DNA of 64,000 nt from the human T2T-CHM13v2.0 reference genome, Homo sapiens (GCF_009914755.1 NC_060936.1), one strand, 5' to 3'. Counted from the stretch's first letter, positions 1-16,674 are shown. The notes: generated from the letters alone by a model not told the origin. Made by a program: numbers and translations.

Positions 1-906
1 AAACAGTCTTATCGAAGTAGATTACACAATAAAGAATATTATCATGAATAAATAGGGATATTACATAATGATAAAGGGGTCAATTCATCCAGAAGACACA
101 GTTTTTAAAAATGTAGTCACCAAATAAAGGAGCTTCAGATCAAATGAAACAAAAAGAACTGAAAATAAAAATGGGCAAATCCACAAATTCAGTTGGAGAT
201 TTCAACACTTCTCTATCAGTACTTAATACAACATGAAGGTGGGAAATGTGTAGAGATATAAAAAAAAAAACTTCAATTCTGTCAATTTGACCCAACATTT
301 ATAGAACACTCCCCCCACAAAAATAAACTATATGTTTGTTTTGTTTTGTTTTGTTTTTCGAAAACTCACTGTATGTTCAATAAGACAGAACATATTGTGG
401 AACATAAAACAGGATTTGTGCAAACATAAGATGATGAAATCATACCAAGAATGTTCTTTGACCACTACTCAATTAAACTTAAAATCAGTAACAGAAAGCT
501 ACCTGAAAAATCTGCTAAATATATGGAAATTAATTCACAAATAATCACGTGAAAAAAGAAATCACAAGTAGAAAATATTTTCAAATGAATTTTAAAAGCA
601 CAACATAAAATTTGAAATCCACCTAAAAGCAGAGCTTAGAAGAAAATTTATAACAATGAATATTTATTTTAGAAAAAAAGAAGTCTCAAATCAATGATCA
701 AGGCTTTCATCTTAAAAAGCTATAAAAAGGGCAAATTAAACCCAAAATAAATGGAAGAAAATGAAAATAAGAGCAAAATACAATAAAACAAAATAGAAAA
801 AATAATGAAACCAAAAGTGGGTTCTTAGAAGTAATAGATAAAATTAGTAAACCTCTTGGCAGTCTGAACAAAAAAGACAGAAAATCACTATTATAAGTAA
901 AAATAA

Positions 907-1264
<358 letters not shown>

Positions 1265-2514
1265 TTATGCCAGTAAATTTGGTAACTTTGATAAAATTGA
1301 CAAATTCCGTGAAAGACTGAAGCTACCAAAGTTCAATCAAGCAGGAGTATATAACCTGAACAGCTCTCTATCTAGTAAAGAAAGTAAAGAAAATATCAAA
1401 CCAAGATGGTTTGGTAAACTATCAAACTTTTAAAGAAATACCATCTGTTCACAAATTCTTCTAGATGGAAGAAATACTTCTCAACTTATTTTGAGGCCAA
1501 CAATGCTCTGGTACCAAAACCAAAAAAAAAAAAAAAATTCTAAAATAATAAGAACTACAGACCAATGTAATCTGGTAAAGACAGACAAAAAGGCCTTTGC
1601 AAAATTTTAGCATAAAAAATGCAAAATATATAAAAAAGGACAATGACCAAAATGGGGTCTATCCCAGTAAAACACTTTGTTTAACCTTCAAATCAGTGAT
1701 TCATCATCTTTACAAAGGAGAAAAATATATAATCACCAATACATTAGTAAAAAGCATGACACAAACATAAACCCTCATGCCAATAAAACCCACAAAAAAA
1801 TTCTTAGCAAACTTAGAAGAGAATAGCCTTAATCTGATCAGAAAAACCCATATCTAACATCACATTTAGTGGTAAAAGAAATCAATCTTTTCCCCTGGGA
1901 CCAAGAATCAGGTAAGATGCTTTCACCATTTTTGCTCTCACCACTTCTATTCAGTATCTATCATACTGCCAGTCCAAGCCAGGACAATAAGGTAAGCATA
2001 AGAAAGAAAAGGTATACATGTTGGAAAGGAAAAAGTAAAATATCTTTATTCATAGATGGCATTATCTTCTATATAGAATATCTTAAGGACTTATTTAAAA
2101 ACAAACTACCAGAACTGACAAATGAGTTTAGGAAGATCGCAAGATACAAAAATCAATTGTATTTTTATATAATGGCAACCAATAAATGTGAAAATTCAAA
2201 CTGAAGAAAAATACCATTTAAAATACAAACAAAATACAAAAAACACACTATACCCTTACATTACAACTATAAAAATCTTGCTAAGAAAAATTTAAAAGAC
2301 CTCAGTATGGAAAAATATGCTATGTTAGGGGATCTGAAGACTCAATGTTGTCAATAAGATAATTTCTCCTCAACTTGATACATAAATTCAAGGCAATCCT
2401 AAAATCAAAATCCTAACAGTTTTTGTAGAAACTATCAAACTGATTCAAAATTTAAGTGGAAATGAAGAGGATCTAAAATAATCTGAAAAAACATTTTTAA
2501 AGAAAAATCAAGTT

Positions 2515-2839
<325 letters not shown>

Positions 2840-2952
2840 TTAAAGAACTTATACTACTTGATTTCAATACTTATAAAGTGAGAGTAATCAAGAGTGTGTT
2901 ATTGGCGTAAAGATATTCATACAAAAGAATGCACTAGAGTCCAGAAATAGAA

Positions 2953-2960
2953 ATATATAC

Positions 2961-3010
<50 letters not shown>
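2953..3010. repeat. (TA)n microsatellite at an Alu tail
   Basis: Interrupted TA run. Confidence 0.95.
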
Positions 3011-3026
<16 letters not shown>

Positions 3027-3326
3027 AGACAGGGTCTTGGCTCTGTTGCCCAGGCTGGAGTGCAGTGGTGCAACCATGGGTCACTGCAGCCTTGACCTCC
3101 TGGGCTCAATCCATCCTCCTACCTCAACCTCCCAGGTAGGTGAGACTATGGGTGCTTGCCACCATGTCTGGCTAATTCTTGTTTTGTTTTGTTTAGTTTT
3201 TTGTAGAAATGGGGTTTTGCTGTTGCCCAGACTAGTCTTGAACTCCTGGGCTCAAGTGATCACCTGCCTCAGTCTCACAAAGTTCTGGGATTATAGGCGT
3301 GCAGCATACCATGTGCCCAGCCTGGC
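3010..3326 (-). mobile_element. AluJ
   Basis: Reverse Alu with J-like CACTGCAGCCTTGACCTCCTGGGCTCAA. Confidence 0.92.
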
Positions 3327-3500
3327 CCTTTAATTTTTAGCAAAGATGTCATGAAGATTCAACTGGGAAAGGATGATCTTTTCAGCAAATGGTGCTGTAA
3401 CAAATAGATATCCATATATACCCTCCCACTAAAAGGAAAAAGTTAACTTCAGTCCTTTATCTCACATCAGTTACAAAAATAAGCTCAAAATGTACTATCA

Positions 3501-3836
<336 letters not shown>

Positions 3837-4299
3837 TCAAAAAATAGTTAAGGAAATAAAAAGGCGTGCCACAGACTAGAAGAAAATATTTGCAAAAACA
3901 CACACCTGATGAATTTGTAGCCAGAACATATAATGAGCTCTTAGAACACAATTAAAAAAACAACCCAATTAAAAATGACCAAAAATGTGAACAGATATTT
4001 CACCAAAGAAATGTCAAATAAACACACGAAAAGACACTCAACATCATGTCATTAGGGAAATGCAAGCTGAAACCATAATGAACCACCTACCAGAATGACT
4101 AAAATTATAAGACTGACGATACCAATTGTTGGTGAGGATTTAGCAGCATAAAGTCAGCTGTTTGTTTTTTTGTTGTTGTTTTTCTTTTATAAACAGCCCT
4201 TTAAAACTATAAAAACCACTCTTGGCTCTCTGTCATATAAAAACAAGCCTCTGCTGACCAAATGGCCCAGTTTCTACAACTTATAAATTGCAAAGAGAA

Positions 4300-4745
4300 A
4301 AGAAGGGAAAGGAGATATATGAATTTGAAACTCAAAGAACATAAGAACCAACAACAAGGTACTCACCTCATTTGCATCCTTATTTAAAGAAACTACTTTA
4401 AAAATTATTTAAGAAACACTTTGAACATGAATATATATTTGAGAGATTAAGGAACTACTTTTTAAAACTTTTTCAAGTGAGATAATGACATTGTCCTTCT
4501 GGTTTAAAAAAAAATCCATATATTTTAGAGATGTATACTGAAGTATTTAAAGATGACATAACATGCCACCTAGGATTTGCTTCAAAATAAGACAAGAGGT
4601 AAGACGGGCAGTGTGCTGGTATAGATAAAACAAAACTGGCCATGAGTTGAAAATTATTGAAACTGAAGATGAGTACAGGTAGACTTCATTATATGATTCT
4701 CCTTACATCTGTATATGATTGAAATCCCCAAATACAGTTTAAAAA
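4300..4745 (+). mobile_element. L1MC/L1ME-type 3' end fragment
   Basis: GGATTTGCTTCAAAATAA...GGCCATGAGTTGAAAATTATTGAAACTG typical of old L1 3'UTR. Confidence 0.65.
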
Positions 4746-7700
4746 TGCAATAAAATTTATGTTTTGACTAAATAACTATAAGTAAATACATATTTTATTC
4801 ATCTGTACCATAACACTTCTGCCTCTGGAGAATAGAATATTATCTGAAAACAGTTTTCAAAATAATGTTGGGAAATGCTTCAAATTTAATATATAAAGAT
4901 ATGTATGAATGATAAGGATACATTTATCTCTTGGTTTTTTCTTTTTTAAAAAAATAATCTTCTGTAAAGTGGGTGTTAGATTTCACAACTACAAGACAAG
5001 AACTCAGATTTTAGAACTGGAAACCTAGATTCAGATCCCAGTCTGACACTTAAAGTAGGGTACTACTAAGCACTAAAATCCAGTATCTCATAATTCTCAC
5101 AAAAATTTTAGGAGGTACACACAATGTACATTCAGGAAGAGGGGACAAGATAAGAATTAATGCTTAAGGACACATTTGTTGAATAGTGCAGTCAGAACTC
5201 CAACCTAAGCAGTCTAACTCCAAAACCTGAACTCAATTTTCCAACTGCCAGGTGTAACTATTTGTTAGTTATGAAATCAATTTACTGCATTGCAACCCAG
5301 AATTTTTAAGAAAAAGAACAGAATAGACAATAGCAGTGAGCACTTTTCCAAACTTTTGTTTCAGATTACTTGTAAGTATACTGAGTCACTTTGTAGAACA
5401 CAGAATTACTGAGAATTGCAGCTGAAAAAAAAAAGAGTGACTATGGGTTGATGATTATTATTGCTGGATGACAGTTATATAAGGATTCATTTGGCTTGGT
5501 AGTTTTCTGTATGTTAACGTTTTTACATAATTTTTTTTTAATTTTAAAGAGGCTATCTGGAGGAATTCTATAAGGTCTCATTTCCAAGTTTACACCTCAG
5601 TCACTAACAGCAGACCCAGCTTCCCCAAGTCTCATCTATCACTGTACAGATTCTCACTTACTATATTGCTCTGTACATAACCTCACATATCCTAATCTGT
5701 TCCAATACTGCATTCTTCCTCTCCCTTCCAAATTATTCCATTCTACTGCCTAAAATTCCTGCTCAGTGATTAACATCTTGCTATTGTCAGATGCAGATTA
5801 AAACCTGGCTGGCTCCCTGAAAAAGACTCCCTGTGGTGTCTCAACTGGAACTTATTTAATTCCCCTCATAGCTTGGGACCTGGTAGTAGGGTTAGTATCT
5901 TCTCCAAGTATGTCTCTGGGGCAAGTCTCTACTTTGGCCATAATGCTCTGGGCTCAGTGATTCTTTCATAATACCTAAAAGGTATTATGAAATTCTGTGG
6001 AGGCATTTTGGTCACCTTGATGACTGAGGGATATTACTGGTTATGGAGCAGAAACCTGGAATGCTACCCACATTGCAATTTGAAAACACAGTTCCGGTAA
6101 GAAAGAAAAGACCTACACCTTGTTTAACTGGAGAATGTAATGTTGAGTCAGCCAGCAGGTGAAAAATAAGTTTATAATTATCTGAGCCCAACCACTTACC
6201 TATAAAAACAAAGCAGGAGAAGTACAGGATTTGTAAATGTATACAAAGATTTTTCCAGAAGACGGCTATCCTGAAAATCCAGGAAATATGTTGTTTATAA
6301 TCTTATTTTTAAAAATTGCTTGCCATTTTGGAAAATGTCATTAACTGTAAAACTATTCATATTTGTGTCACCAATAAAGCATAATTTTATCTGTCCAAAA
6401 AAAGTTTGAAAGCCACTGCTATGTTCTGATAGTTTTATGACTTTGCTTGGGGCAACAGATTGCACCATCACAATATTATCATCACCACAGTATTTCACAC
6501 TCCTGTTATTACAAAACATGGTGTATGTTGCACATATTCAATAAATGTTTGCTGAACTAAATACTAGGGTGTTTGGTAGAGACTAGACTGACTGGACTGT
6601 ATTACAAAGACATTGTGGCTAAACAGGAATTGGGACATGAAGTCATAAATACAAAAAAAATCAGCCAATCATAGTATTTCTTGAACAAATGAGATAAAAC
6701 ATGCTGCTTTTGAAAGACTAACCTTACAGTGATATATATGTTAAATATGGAAATAAACTTGACTTAGAAATCTTAAAGGCAATAGTTTCCTACTACTAAC
6801 ATTTCTATTACTACAGCTCAAAGATTTTAATATAGAAATTTAATAAGTTCATAGACTAAATAACAAAAAGATTCATCTCATGGCAGCTTTTTCCTATCAA
6901 TTTTATAAAACAGAATTCCACAAAACTCAGTTCAGAAAAAGCAATCAATATACCATTTGCCTCTATTAAACAAAAACTGTATTAACACGTTTAAATGTTT
7001 CTAATATATGGAGAAGAGTATAACTTTTACTTATATTAATAACAACTCTTGAACAGTAGGGGTAAACCTAAGCACATAAGGCAATCATCATTCACAGCTA
7101 CTATTTATCTAAAACTATGCATACTAACTAAACAAGAAAATACAATGTTAAAAATTTCAACATAAAACATAAGAACTGTTCAAATTAATTTTTAATAAGT
7201 GCTCAAGCCAAAGTTTTGATACTTTGATAGCTTAAATTGTGATCTACTATCTAGTTCTTGAAAGAATTCAACTAGATATTGTTTCACATTCCTTTCTCTA
7301 CTTTCCCATTTGCTCTTTCTCATAAGTAGTAAGTCTTACAAATGAATGCAATAGTTTATTCATTTTTAAGTAGAAAATATTTACAACCGTTCGTAAAATC
7401 CTTTACATAATACTGACATTCCTTATAATGCTTGTTCCTTCGATTTTCAGAATCCTTAAAAAAATTTTATCTCATTTTCTTCTATCCAAATATGCCTGTA
7501 GACACAACATATGTACATCTTAAGAATCCACACAAATTTCTTAGGTGTTTTAATTTTTGAACAAATTTTTGCAAAGTATAAACACTCCTCAACAAGGCTC
7601 TAATAAGGAAAATATGACAACTTTTAAATTACGAATCAGAATGAGAAAAATAACTACAATAGAACTAAAATGAAATACAGATTTTAAACAGCCAAGTAAG

Positions 7701-9327
7701 TTCAACTGCATTTATGTACAATAAATTATATAAATGTAGTTCAAAAACTGTGACTGCCCACTACATCTAAAAAATAATCAGGTAAGCAATCTTTGCAAAG
7801 CTTCTTGGGGAAAGAATTAGAGCTCCCTAAAAGGGGGATGGGCAGGGCAGTCTATTTGGGATCACACAATTACAAACCATGTGTGTGGATTAAGTGCCTG
7901 TGCTTTCCAAAATGAGTTACTATAACCATGAAAGGTATTAGGGAAATTAAAATAGATTCCACTCATTTTCTTCAGGGAGACCATGTCAATCCTATCAGTA
8001 ATGCCACTTCTTTAATCCGCCTCCTTCTCTGGTAATACCCTTTTCATCTACCATTAGTCCTTCTTTTATCTAGCATATACCATTCTGTCATCACTCGACC
8101 TCTGCCCTAGCTTTACCTCACCTTCCATCCCTGGCTCCTAAGCCAAAAGTTACTGTGAGATGATTAAACAACAACAACAACATTGAACATTAAAAAAAAA
8201 AAAAAAAGATAAATTGAAATAAGGTCAAATTATTAAGTATCTCTATGTGAAAAGAACTGGGCATAATAAACAAATGACGTCTTCTAACTGGATAGCAGAA
8301 AGAAACGTATTAATCTATGTTATAATGAACATAGATTAATATGCTACGGTCTGCTACATACACACCAACACTCACACACATACAACATACCTCTAAACTA
8401 GAAAGCTTGGGAACTGAGTAAATTTAAAACGTACAAATTTTCAAAACTATTAACATCTTAAAAAAAAGAAAAAAGAAAAATCATTCTTAATCTTAACCAA
8501 CTATTATCACTGTGGTAAACATCTTTCTATGAGAACTAGTTCTTTTTTAAATTCAAATAGTTGTGGATATCCCATTTTGAAGTGTACTTACATCATCTCT
8601 TGTAACAAAAATTTTAGTAGCTGCATAGTATTATATCAGCTTATGAATACAACGTGATTTGTTCAATCCTGTCTGTGTCATGAGACATACAAGTTAAATA
8701 GCCTTTCACGTAAATTTTTGTGTGTATCTCTAATTTTTATGGCTCTTTAAACATACTGTCATTCTTCAGAGTACAGCTTTTGGGTTTCAAAAAAAAAAAA
8801 ATACTGCCAATATTGCCCCAGAAAGCTTGTGTAAGATTGGTCTCACCCTTATTTTTTCAACTCTCACCAAATATATTAGGCAAATAGGGGTTTCACTGAA
8901 TCCTAATTAATAGGATAAACTTTTGTCATATTTTTATTGGCTTTATATATTTATGTATCTTCATTTTCTTCACTGATGTTGTCTGTCAATTTCATTTCTT
9001 AGTACTTCTAAAAGCAGTATATAACAAGAATGGTAATCTTTGTCCAACATATTGTTAATGTCTTTTTCTAGTTTACCTTTTAATTCTGTTTAATTTCCCT
9101 TTTGCAATTTCTCCCTGTGGTTCTATAAAAGAAAGTTTTTCCCACTCCAAGATCTAATCAACACATATTTTCTTATTTTTACTATCTCATTTTTAACTTA
9201 ACTAATCTCATATTTAATTTGTTGTGTAGTGAAGTTGGACTCTACTGGTTTCTACTTTGATAACAGCCAATTGTTTCAACTATGTACACAGAATACAGAA
9301 TTGCAACAACGGCAGTGGGTTGTATGA

Positions 9328-9915
<588 letters not shown>

Positions 9916-10465
9916 TAAAAGCCATATTATTTTTATCATTATAAGTTAATAATATCTAGTAATACCAGTTCTCTTTCTTATTATTCACTTTTAAAATTTT
10001 CTTGGCTTCTCCCAGCCAACATATTTTCCTAGTAAAATACTTATGTCAATACATTTTACTTAATGTATAAATTATGTGGAGAGTTATGGCTAGGTTTCCA
10101 CATGCACAGCACAAAGCTCTGTGCCCAAATTCTCTGCAGAACCTACGTTTGTGGTTTAGTGTCTGTAAAGTTCATCTTTAGCCTCAACTGGTCCCTCTCA
10201 AGAAACTTCACACTCTTGTTTAAATTTCCTTGTCCCCTGGACTTCTATGCACATCCTCTCCCTTTACCCATATATTCCTCTAAAAATAATTTAAATTTAT
10301 ATAATGCATACCTTCATTTTCAAGAATTTTTCCTCTCACTAAAAATTAAAAGTTTAGGTCTATATAAAACAAACTAAAACTACCTTGTATGTTAACTGGC
10401 AATTAGCAGTAGTGGCTGGCACATACTGTATAAGTACTTAAGAATATCAAGTAAATGAATGAGAT

Positions 10466-10580
10466 TTCCATTCCATTCCTTTTCCTTTTCCTTTTTTATT
10501 CCTATTCCTATTCCTATTCCTATTCCTATTCCTATTCCTATTCCTATTCCATTCCATTCCATTCCATTCCATTCTATTCT
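10466..10580. repeat. (CTATTC)n/(CATTC)n simple repeat at an Alu tail
   Basis: Read directly from the sequence. Confidence 0.92.
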
Positions 10581-10861
10581 AGAGATGGAGTCTCACTCTA
10601 TCGCCCAGGCTGGAGTGCAGTGGCATGATCTCATCTAAGCGCAACCACCACCTCCTGGGTTCAAGTAATTCTCCTGCCTCAGCCTCCTGAGTAGCTGGGA
10701 TTACAGGTGCCTGCGAACACACCTGGCTAATTTTTGTATTTTTAGTAAAGACAAGGTTTCACCATGTTAGCCAGGCTTGTCGAACTCCTGACCTCAAGTG
10801 ATCCTCCCACCTCAGCCTCCCAACATTCTGGGATTTCAGGCCTGAGCCACCGTGCCTGGCC
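10581..10861 (-). mobile_element. AluS
   Basis: Reverse Alu consensus. Confidence 0.94.
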
Positions 10862-11038
10862 ATAAATCTATTTTAGCAGAGCCTACTCCCTGCCCACAAA
10901 GAGCAAGACTCCTTATTTTCCTTCCTTAGCAATCCCTTAGTCCTAAATCCTCCACTTCTCTCCCATCCCTCCACCCCAAGACTCAAGGACTCAGTCCTAT
11001 TTGCTGTAACTTATTCCTCTATTGCAGACCTTCAATCA

Positions 11039-11425
<387 letters not shown>

Positions 11426-11879
11426 CTGAATACACATATCCCTGGCATGTAAAAGAGAAAGGACTTAGGAGAAGACTGATTAGTTGGGAACACAGGGATA
11501 CATATTAAAGAAACTATGTCCTATAATAGTTTGATGCGTAAGGATCTTGGATGAGAGCTTGTGAGTTATGTGTCTGTGTATCTGAGAGTTTGAAGTTAAG
11601 GGAAATAACTAAATTGTATATTCTGTTACATTGGCGGTGGTTACATACTAAAGAAAATGAACAGAGGACTAAAAATTTAATCCTAATTTTATCTAATTAC
11701 CATACAACACACTCATCATTAAATGTTAGGTTCATTTTAACTTTCATTAGATAAGATTAAATTCTATTTTTACCTTGAATTCTCAGGTTTTGTTGCTTAT
11801 ACAGAAAGGCAATTGGTATTTTTTTTAAATGTTTAAGAAAAAACACTATTCATTAACTCAAAGGAACAATAACAATAGC

Positions 11880-12105
11880 AGCTAACAATTACATAGCACC
11901 TACGTGACAGCCATTGTTCTAAGAGCTTTTCAGAGCAAAACTCTTCTAACCTTCACAACCCTATGAGATAGGTACTATTTTTATCCCTACTTTATGGATT
12001 TGAAAGCAGTTAAACATTTGCTTAAAGTTACACAGCTAACAAGTGATGGAGCTGTGATATGAACTCAAGACATTCTGTCCGAAGAGCCTATTCTCTTAAC
12101 TATGA
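11880..12105 (-). mobile_element. MIR
   Basis: AACCCTATGAGATAGGTACTATT...GTTACACAGCTAACAAGTGATGGAGC reverse MIR core. Confidence 0.8.
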
Positions 12106-12225
12106 GACCACATTTACTGTTTTATGACAATTAGCTTATTCTCTATTTTTACTTATATAAAACAAGCTCTCCAATACAGCAGATATTTTATAGAATATTA
12201 ACAGGATTAAGAAAGTCATATGATT

Positions 12226-12555
<330 letters not shown>

Positions 12556-13044
12556 CTACATAATAACTCCTTTCCTGATTGTTTTGAAGAATCACAAATA
12601 TTTGAGATGCTACAAGGGGACCTGGAGAGGTGGGATATAATGTAAAAAATGTATTTCATTCAATCTAAGATGCCACTGATTGAAAACATACCATTATTTT
12701 ATGTGCCACTGAGAAATGAAACTCTGCCAAACTGTAACACATTATCATTTAAAATATACTAGTATATAAAAAGGGAATAAAAGTATAAATAAATCAATGA
12801 TTATAGTGACTTACCAAAGATATCTTCAATATATGGCTGCTTAATAGATAAGACTACATACAAGAAAATTAGTATTTCTTGAAAGCTATTATACTTTCTG
12901 GGAATCTATGTATTTGGAAGAAATCAAAGACTTGACACCAGCCCAAGATTGAGGTATGAACTATGGTTGTAGAGAACTTCAGGACAACAAGAAAAATTGG
13001 TTTATCAAGCACATGCCTACATTAGGTCAGATGTATTACTAAAT

Positions 13045-13437
13045 AGTTTGCTTTTGCTGCCATTAAAAAATACCACAGACCAGGTGGGTTACATCACAGA
13101 ATTTTATTTTCTCACAGTTCTGGAGGTTGGAAGTCCAAGATCAAGCTGCTGGCAGGTTTGATCTTTCCTCTTGCCTCCTTGGCTTGCAGATGGTCACCTT
13201 TCTTTCTCATTGTATCTTCATTTGGCCTTTTTTCTGTGTGTGTGCATCCTTGGTCTCTCTCTCCCCCTCCTAGTAAGAACACCAGTCATACTGGCTTTAT
13301 AGTCTCACTCTTAAGGCCTCATCTAACTTCAATTACCTACTTAGAGGTCATATCTGCAAATCTCCAAATACAGTTCATATTGGGGGCTAGGGTTTCAACA
13401 TATGAATTTGAGAGAGACAAAACTTAGTCCATTAACA
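13045..13437 (-). mobile_element. MLT1A-like MaLR solo LTR
   Basis: TTTTCTCACAGTTCTGGAGGTTGGAAGTCCAAGATCAAG...GGGGGCTAGGGTTTCAACATATGAATTT. Confidence 0.85.
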
Positions 13438-15692
13438 ACATAATAGCTGATCTTATTGGAACCAAAAATAAAACACTTGGAACCTGGAATGCAAAACATC
13501 GTTTCTGTTAACAGCAAGCTACTGTTGAGGTAACAGTAAAGTCATTTCTACATTAGGATTAACAACTCAAAGAAAAAACAAAACCATACCAGCTCTTCAT
13601 TTGAGACTAAAATTAATTACTATAATAGGAATTCTTTTAAATTGTTTAAGGCTTAAGACAGTGTCCTTATTTTTGGTTCCTGCTATATTCTTATATACCA
13701 ATCAATTCACATTTCGTATTACAAAGGCAAATCTTGCTTTCAGGCAATTTTTGCACCCTATTTTCTATACTATGTAACAAGAACCACCATTTATCTTTTA
13801 CTCACTAGTACCTTCAATGTGTGTGGCATATAGTAGCTACTTAATAAATATCAGAGGGAGGAAAGAAAAGAAGGTAGGGAGGAAGGAGGAAACTAAGTTA
13901 GATATTTACCAATTTATATAGTACCCTTAACTTTTATTTGCTTTAGTCTGGCACCCTGCAGATTATATGAACCAAAATACTTAATAGTCAAAGAAGTAAT
14001 GAAAATATACATAACAAATTTAAGGTACAACACAAACTTCTTATCAAGGCTTTTAAAAGTAGAAACCAAGAAAATCTTCTCAACAAAACGTCCAGGTACC
14101 CCCTGCCGTGAATGAGCATTTAAATGCTATTTGAAAGTACAAAGACAACACTTGAAAGACATTTCAAAGCCTATATAAAATTGCCAAAATGTCTACTAGC
14201 AGAGTTTTTGAAACTAGCTAATTCTGATGTTTCAACAAGAAATTTTTACAGAAGTTCCTCCTCCACCAAAAAGCCTTCATAAAACACAGCATTTACATAC
14301 AAAACCTACTCTAAATCCTAATCAGAAATCATCCACTGAATAGTCAGCTCATTTGCAGTTTATTTATATTCGTGGCTCTAATCTATAAAGGGAAAAGTAA
14401 AAGCAAAGTAAGCTACAGCTATGTGAAAAGAGATACTCAAACACTTACCTGCTATTTTTCAGCTGTCAGGGAATATCAAAATTTTACATAGCAAAAATAA
14501 AATAATATGTAAATGTTTGGTTAGAATGTTAACAAAATAAAAAATATTTCACTGACATTGGACTAAATAATTACTAGGTGAACAAACATGGATTTTGGTC
14601 TGCTATGTGTCATGCTGCTCTATAAATTTGCACAAGTTCGTATGAAGCAAATGGTAAGACAATAACACTATTGATTCAGATGTGTCAAATCAAACATTAA
14701 CATACATCAGTTGTTTAGAAGGGAAAATATTCCTTCAGTACAAATGTGCTTATTATGTGGTTTCTCTTCTTTGTAATTGAAATTTTAGATTTGTTTAAAT
14801 TGCCAAAATCCCGTATCATTGGGTTTTGCTTTATTTTAAAAGGACCCAAAGTTCTTGATCTCATTTCAGGAGGACAGAACAAGACTTTTATAAGAAAGAC
14901 AGAAAACAAAATGTCTACATAAAACAAGTTAATTTTGTCTCAACTTTGACATTTACTGAAAAATGCTCTTGTGCAGCGTCTTTTAAAGAATGATAATCAT
15001 ATGCCTCTCTCATTACATAGTTTGCATCAAATTATATGCCTAACAATTACAACCATGAAGTATTCATTTACATACCTCTCTTCAGTGTTCAAAACACGTT
15101 ACTGTTGAGCCAGTCACCTAAGTGGAAGATTTAAATAGGACACTAGAAGGTAAACATTCCATTTCTCTCTACCTCAGTTGTTTTCCTATTCCCTTTATCA
15201 AATAATTGGTAAAGAGTGCTGTGCTTCAGAAAGTTTTAAATAAACAAAAACTTTCGTCAATGATTCTTTTTTAAAAAAATCTGTGAGCAAAGATAGAAAG
15301 CTTCCTGCTTTTTTATTTTGTTAGCAAAAACATTTTCACATAAAGTAAAACTAAAAATCCAAGGTAAAGAAAATACAACTTTACCTGAAGTCTAAACTGA
15401 AACTAGGCTTTAAAATTCCCTTAGATTCTAAACAGGTTTGCATTTACATGTCCTAACCCTAAGATAGTTTCCAAACAACACATCAAAGTGCAGTGAACTC
15501 AGACACCTCAGACAAACTTTAAATTTCTGAGGGAAACAAAGTAATTTTAGGTAATCTGTAGAATACTGATGAACCCTAACTCAACAGTCCAGTTTCAAAA
15601 TTAGATCCTATTATACTTTCCATAGCATCACATCTTTACAAAACTGAGTCTCTGTAATGTAAAAAAGAAGAATCATGCTCCCTCCACCCCCA

Positions 15693-15693
<1 letters not shown>

Positions 15694-15725
<32 letters not shown>
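15694..15725. repeat. (CA)16 microsatellite
   Basis: Read directly from the sequence. Confidence 0.97.
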
Positions 15726-15730
<5 letters not shown>

Positions 15731-16674
15731 CAATGTGGAATAGGAAATGAGGGTAGAGCTTCTAATCGGACTCCAAGTTTTAAGAAGTTGTACAGTGTCC
15801 AAGAGATGCACACATCCCATTAGAAATGTTGGTTACTTAAGAATGAAGTAAAAATATTTCTTCAAAGAATTCATATATTATTTATTCAAATGGCTACTAA
15901 GTTATTAGGACATAAATACTTATACTGTTTGGACCAAACTACTAAGAAAATAAAACTATCTGGTATTTCTTTAGATCTAAGGACATCATGAAAAGATTAC
16001 TTAGCCCACTAAGAGTGTGATGAACAGAGGAAGTTTGGGTACCTTTGCAGCATATGGGTAGAAACTGAAATGACACTGGAACTGTCACTAAACTTGGTGA
16101 AATATTAACTGACTAGCTTGTATTATTACCCAAAGGCCATTAGTGCTGTGTAAGGGCTAGTATACTCTATTTACAAATATCTGAGGGCTAATTAACTGAA
16201 ATCCAGCTGTGGCCTAAGGAGTCCAGTTTCTCTGCAGCTCTCTCCAGGGAGAAATGCTCCTCTGTTCTCATCTGGGCCTGTACAAAGTCATCTTCCTTTA
16301 ACAGTACTTAGGAAAAACATCCAGTGTTATACATCTAAAACTCATAAATTAATAGAGATCTTGGTAACATTACCCTATCAATGATAACATTATTAATATT
16401 ATATGGAACATTTCCAAAAATATTTTCAGAGCTATTAGCTCCTAACTATAGTGTTTCATTGTATAATCTGAAGGCCCATTGGGCCAGCTCACGGTGATTT
16501 GATTATAGCAATTCAAAGAAGCAACAGCTTTTAGTAGATAATGCCCAGGATTCACAATTAAGAACATGTGTTTTGGAATCAGGTTCTGTCACCATGTAAC
16601 TTTAGGCATGTCCCTCCATCTCCTGAGCCTCATTATCTTCAACCATTTTTAAAAGAATTATTTTTATATTAACA

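Noticed and set aside
10466-10580. Possible centromeric satellite or CRISPR-like array
   Set aside because: Short simple repeat derived from an Alu tail, with no spacers; eukaryotic context
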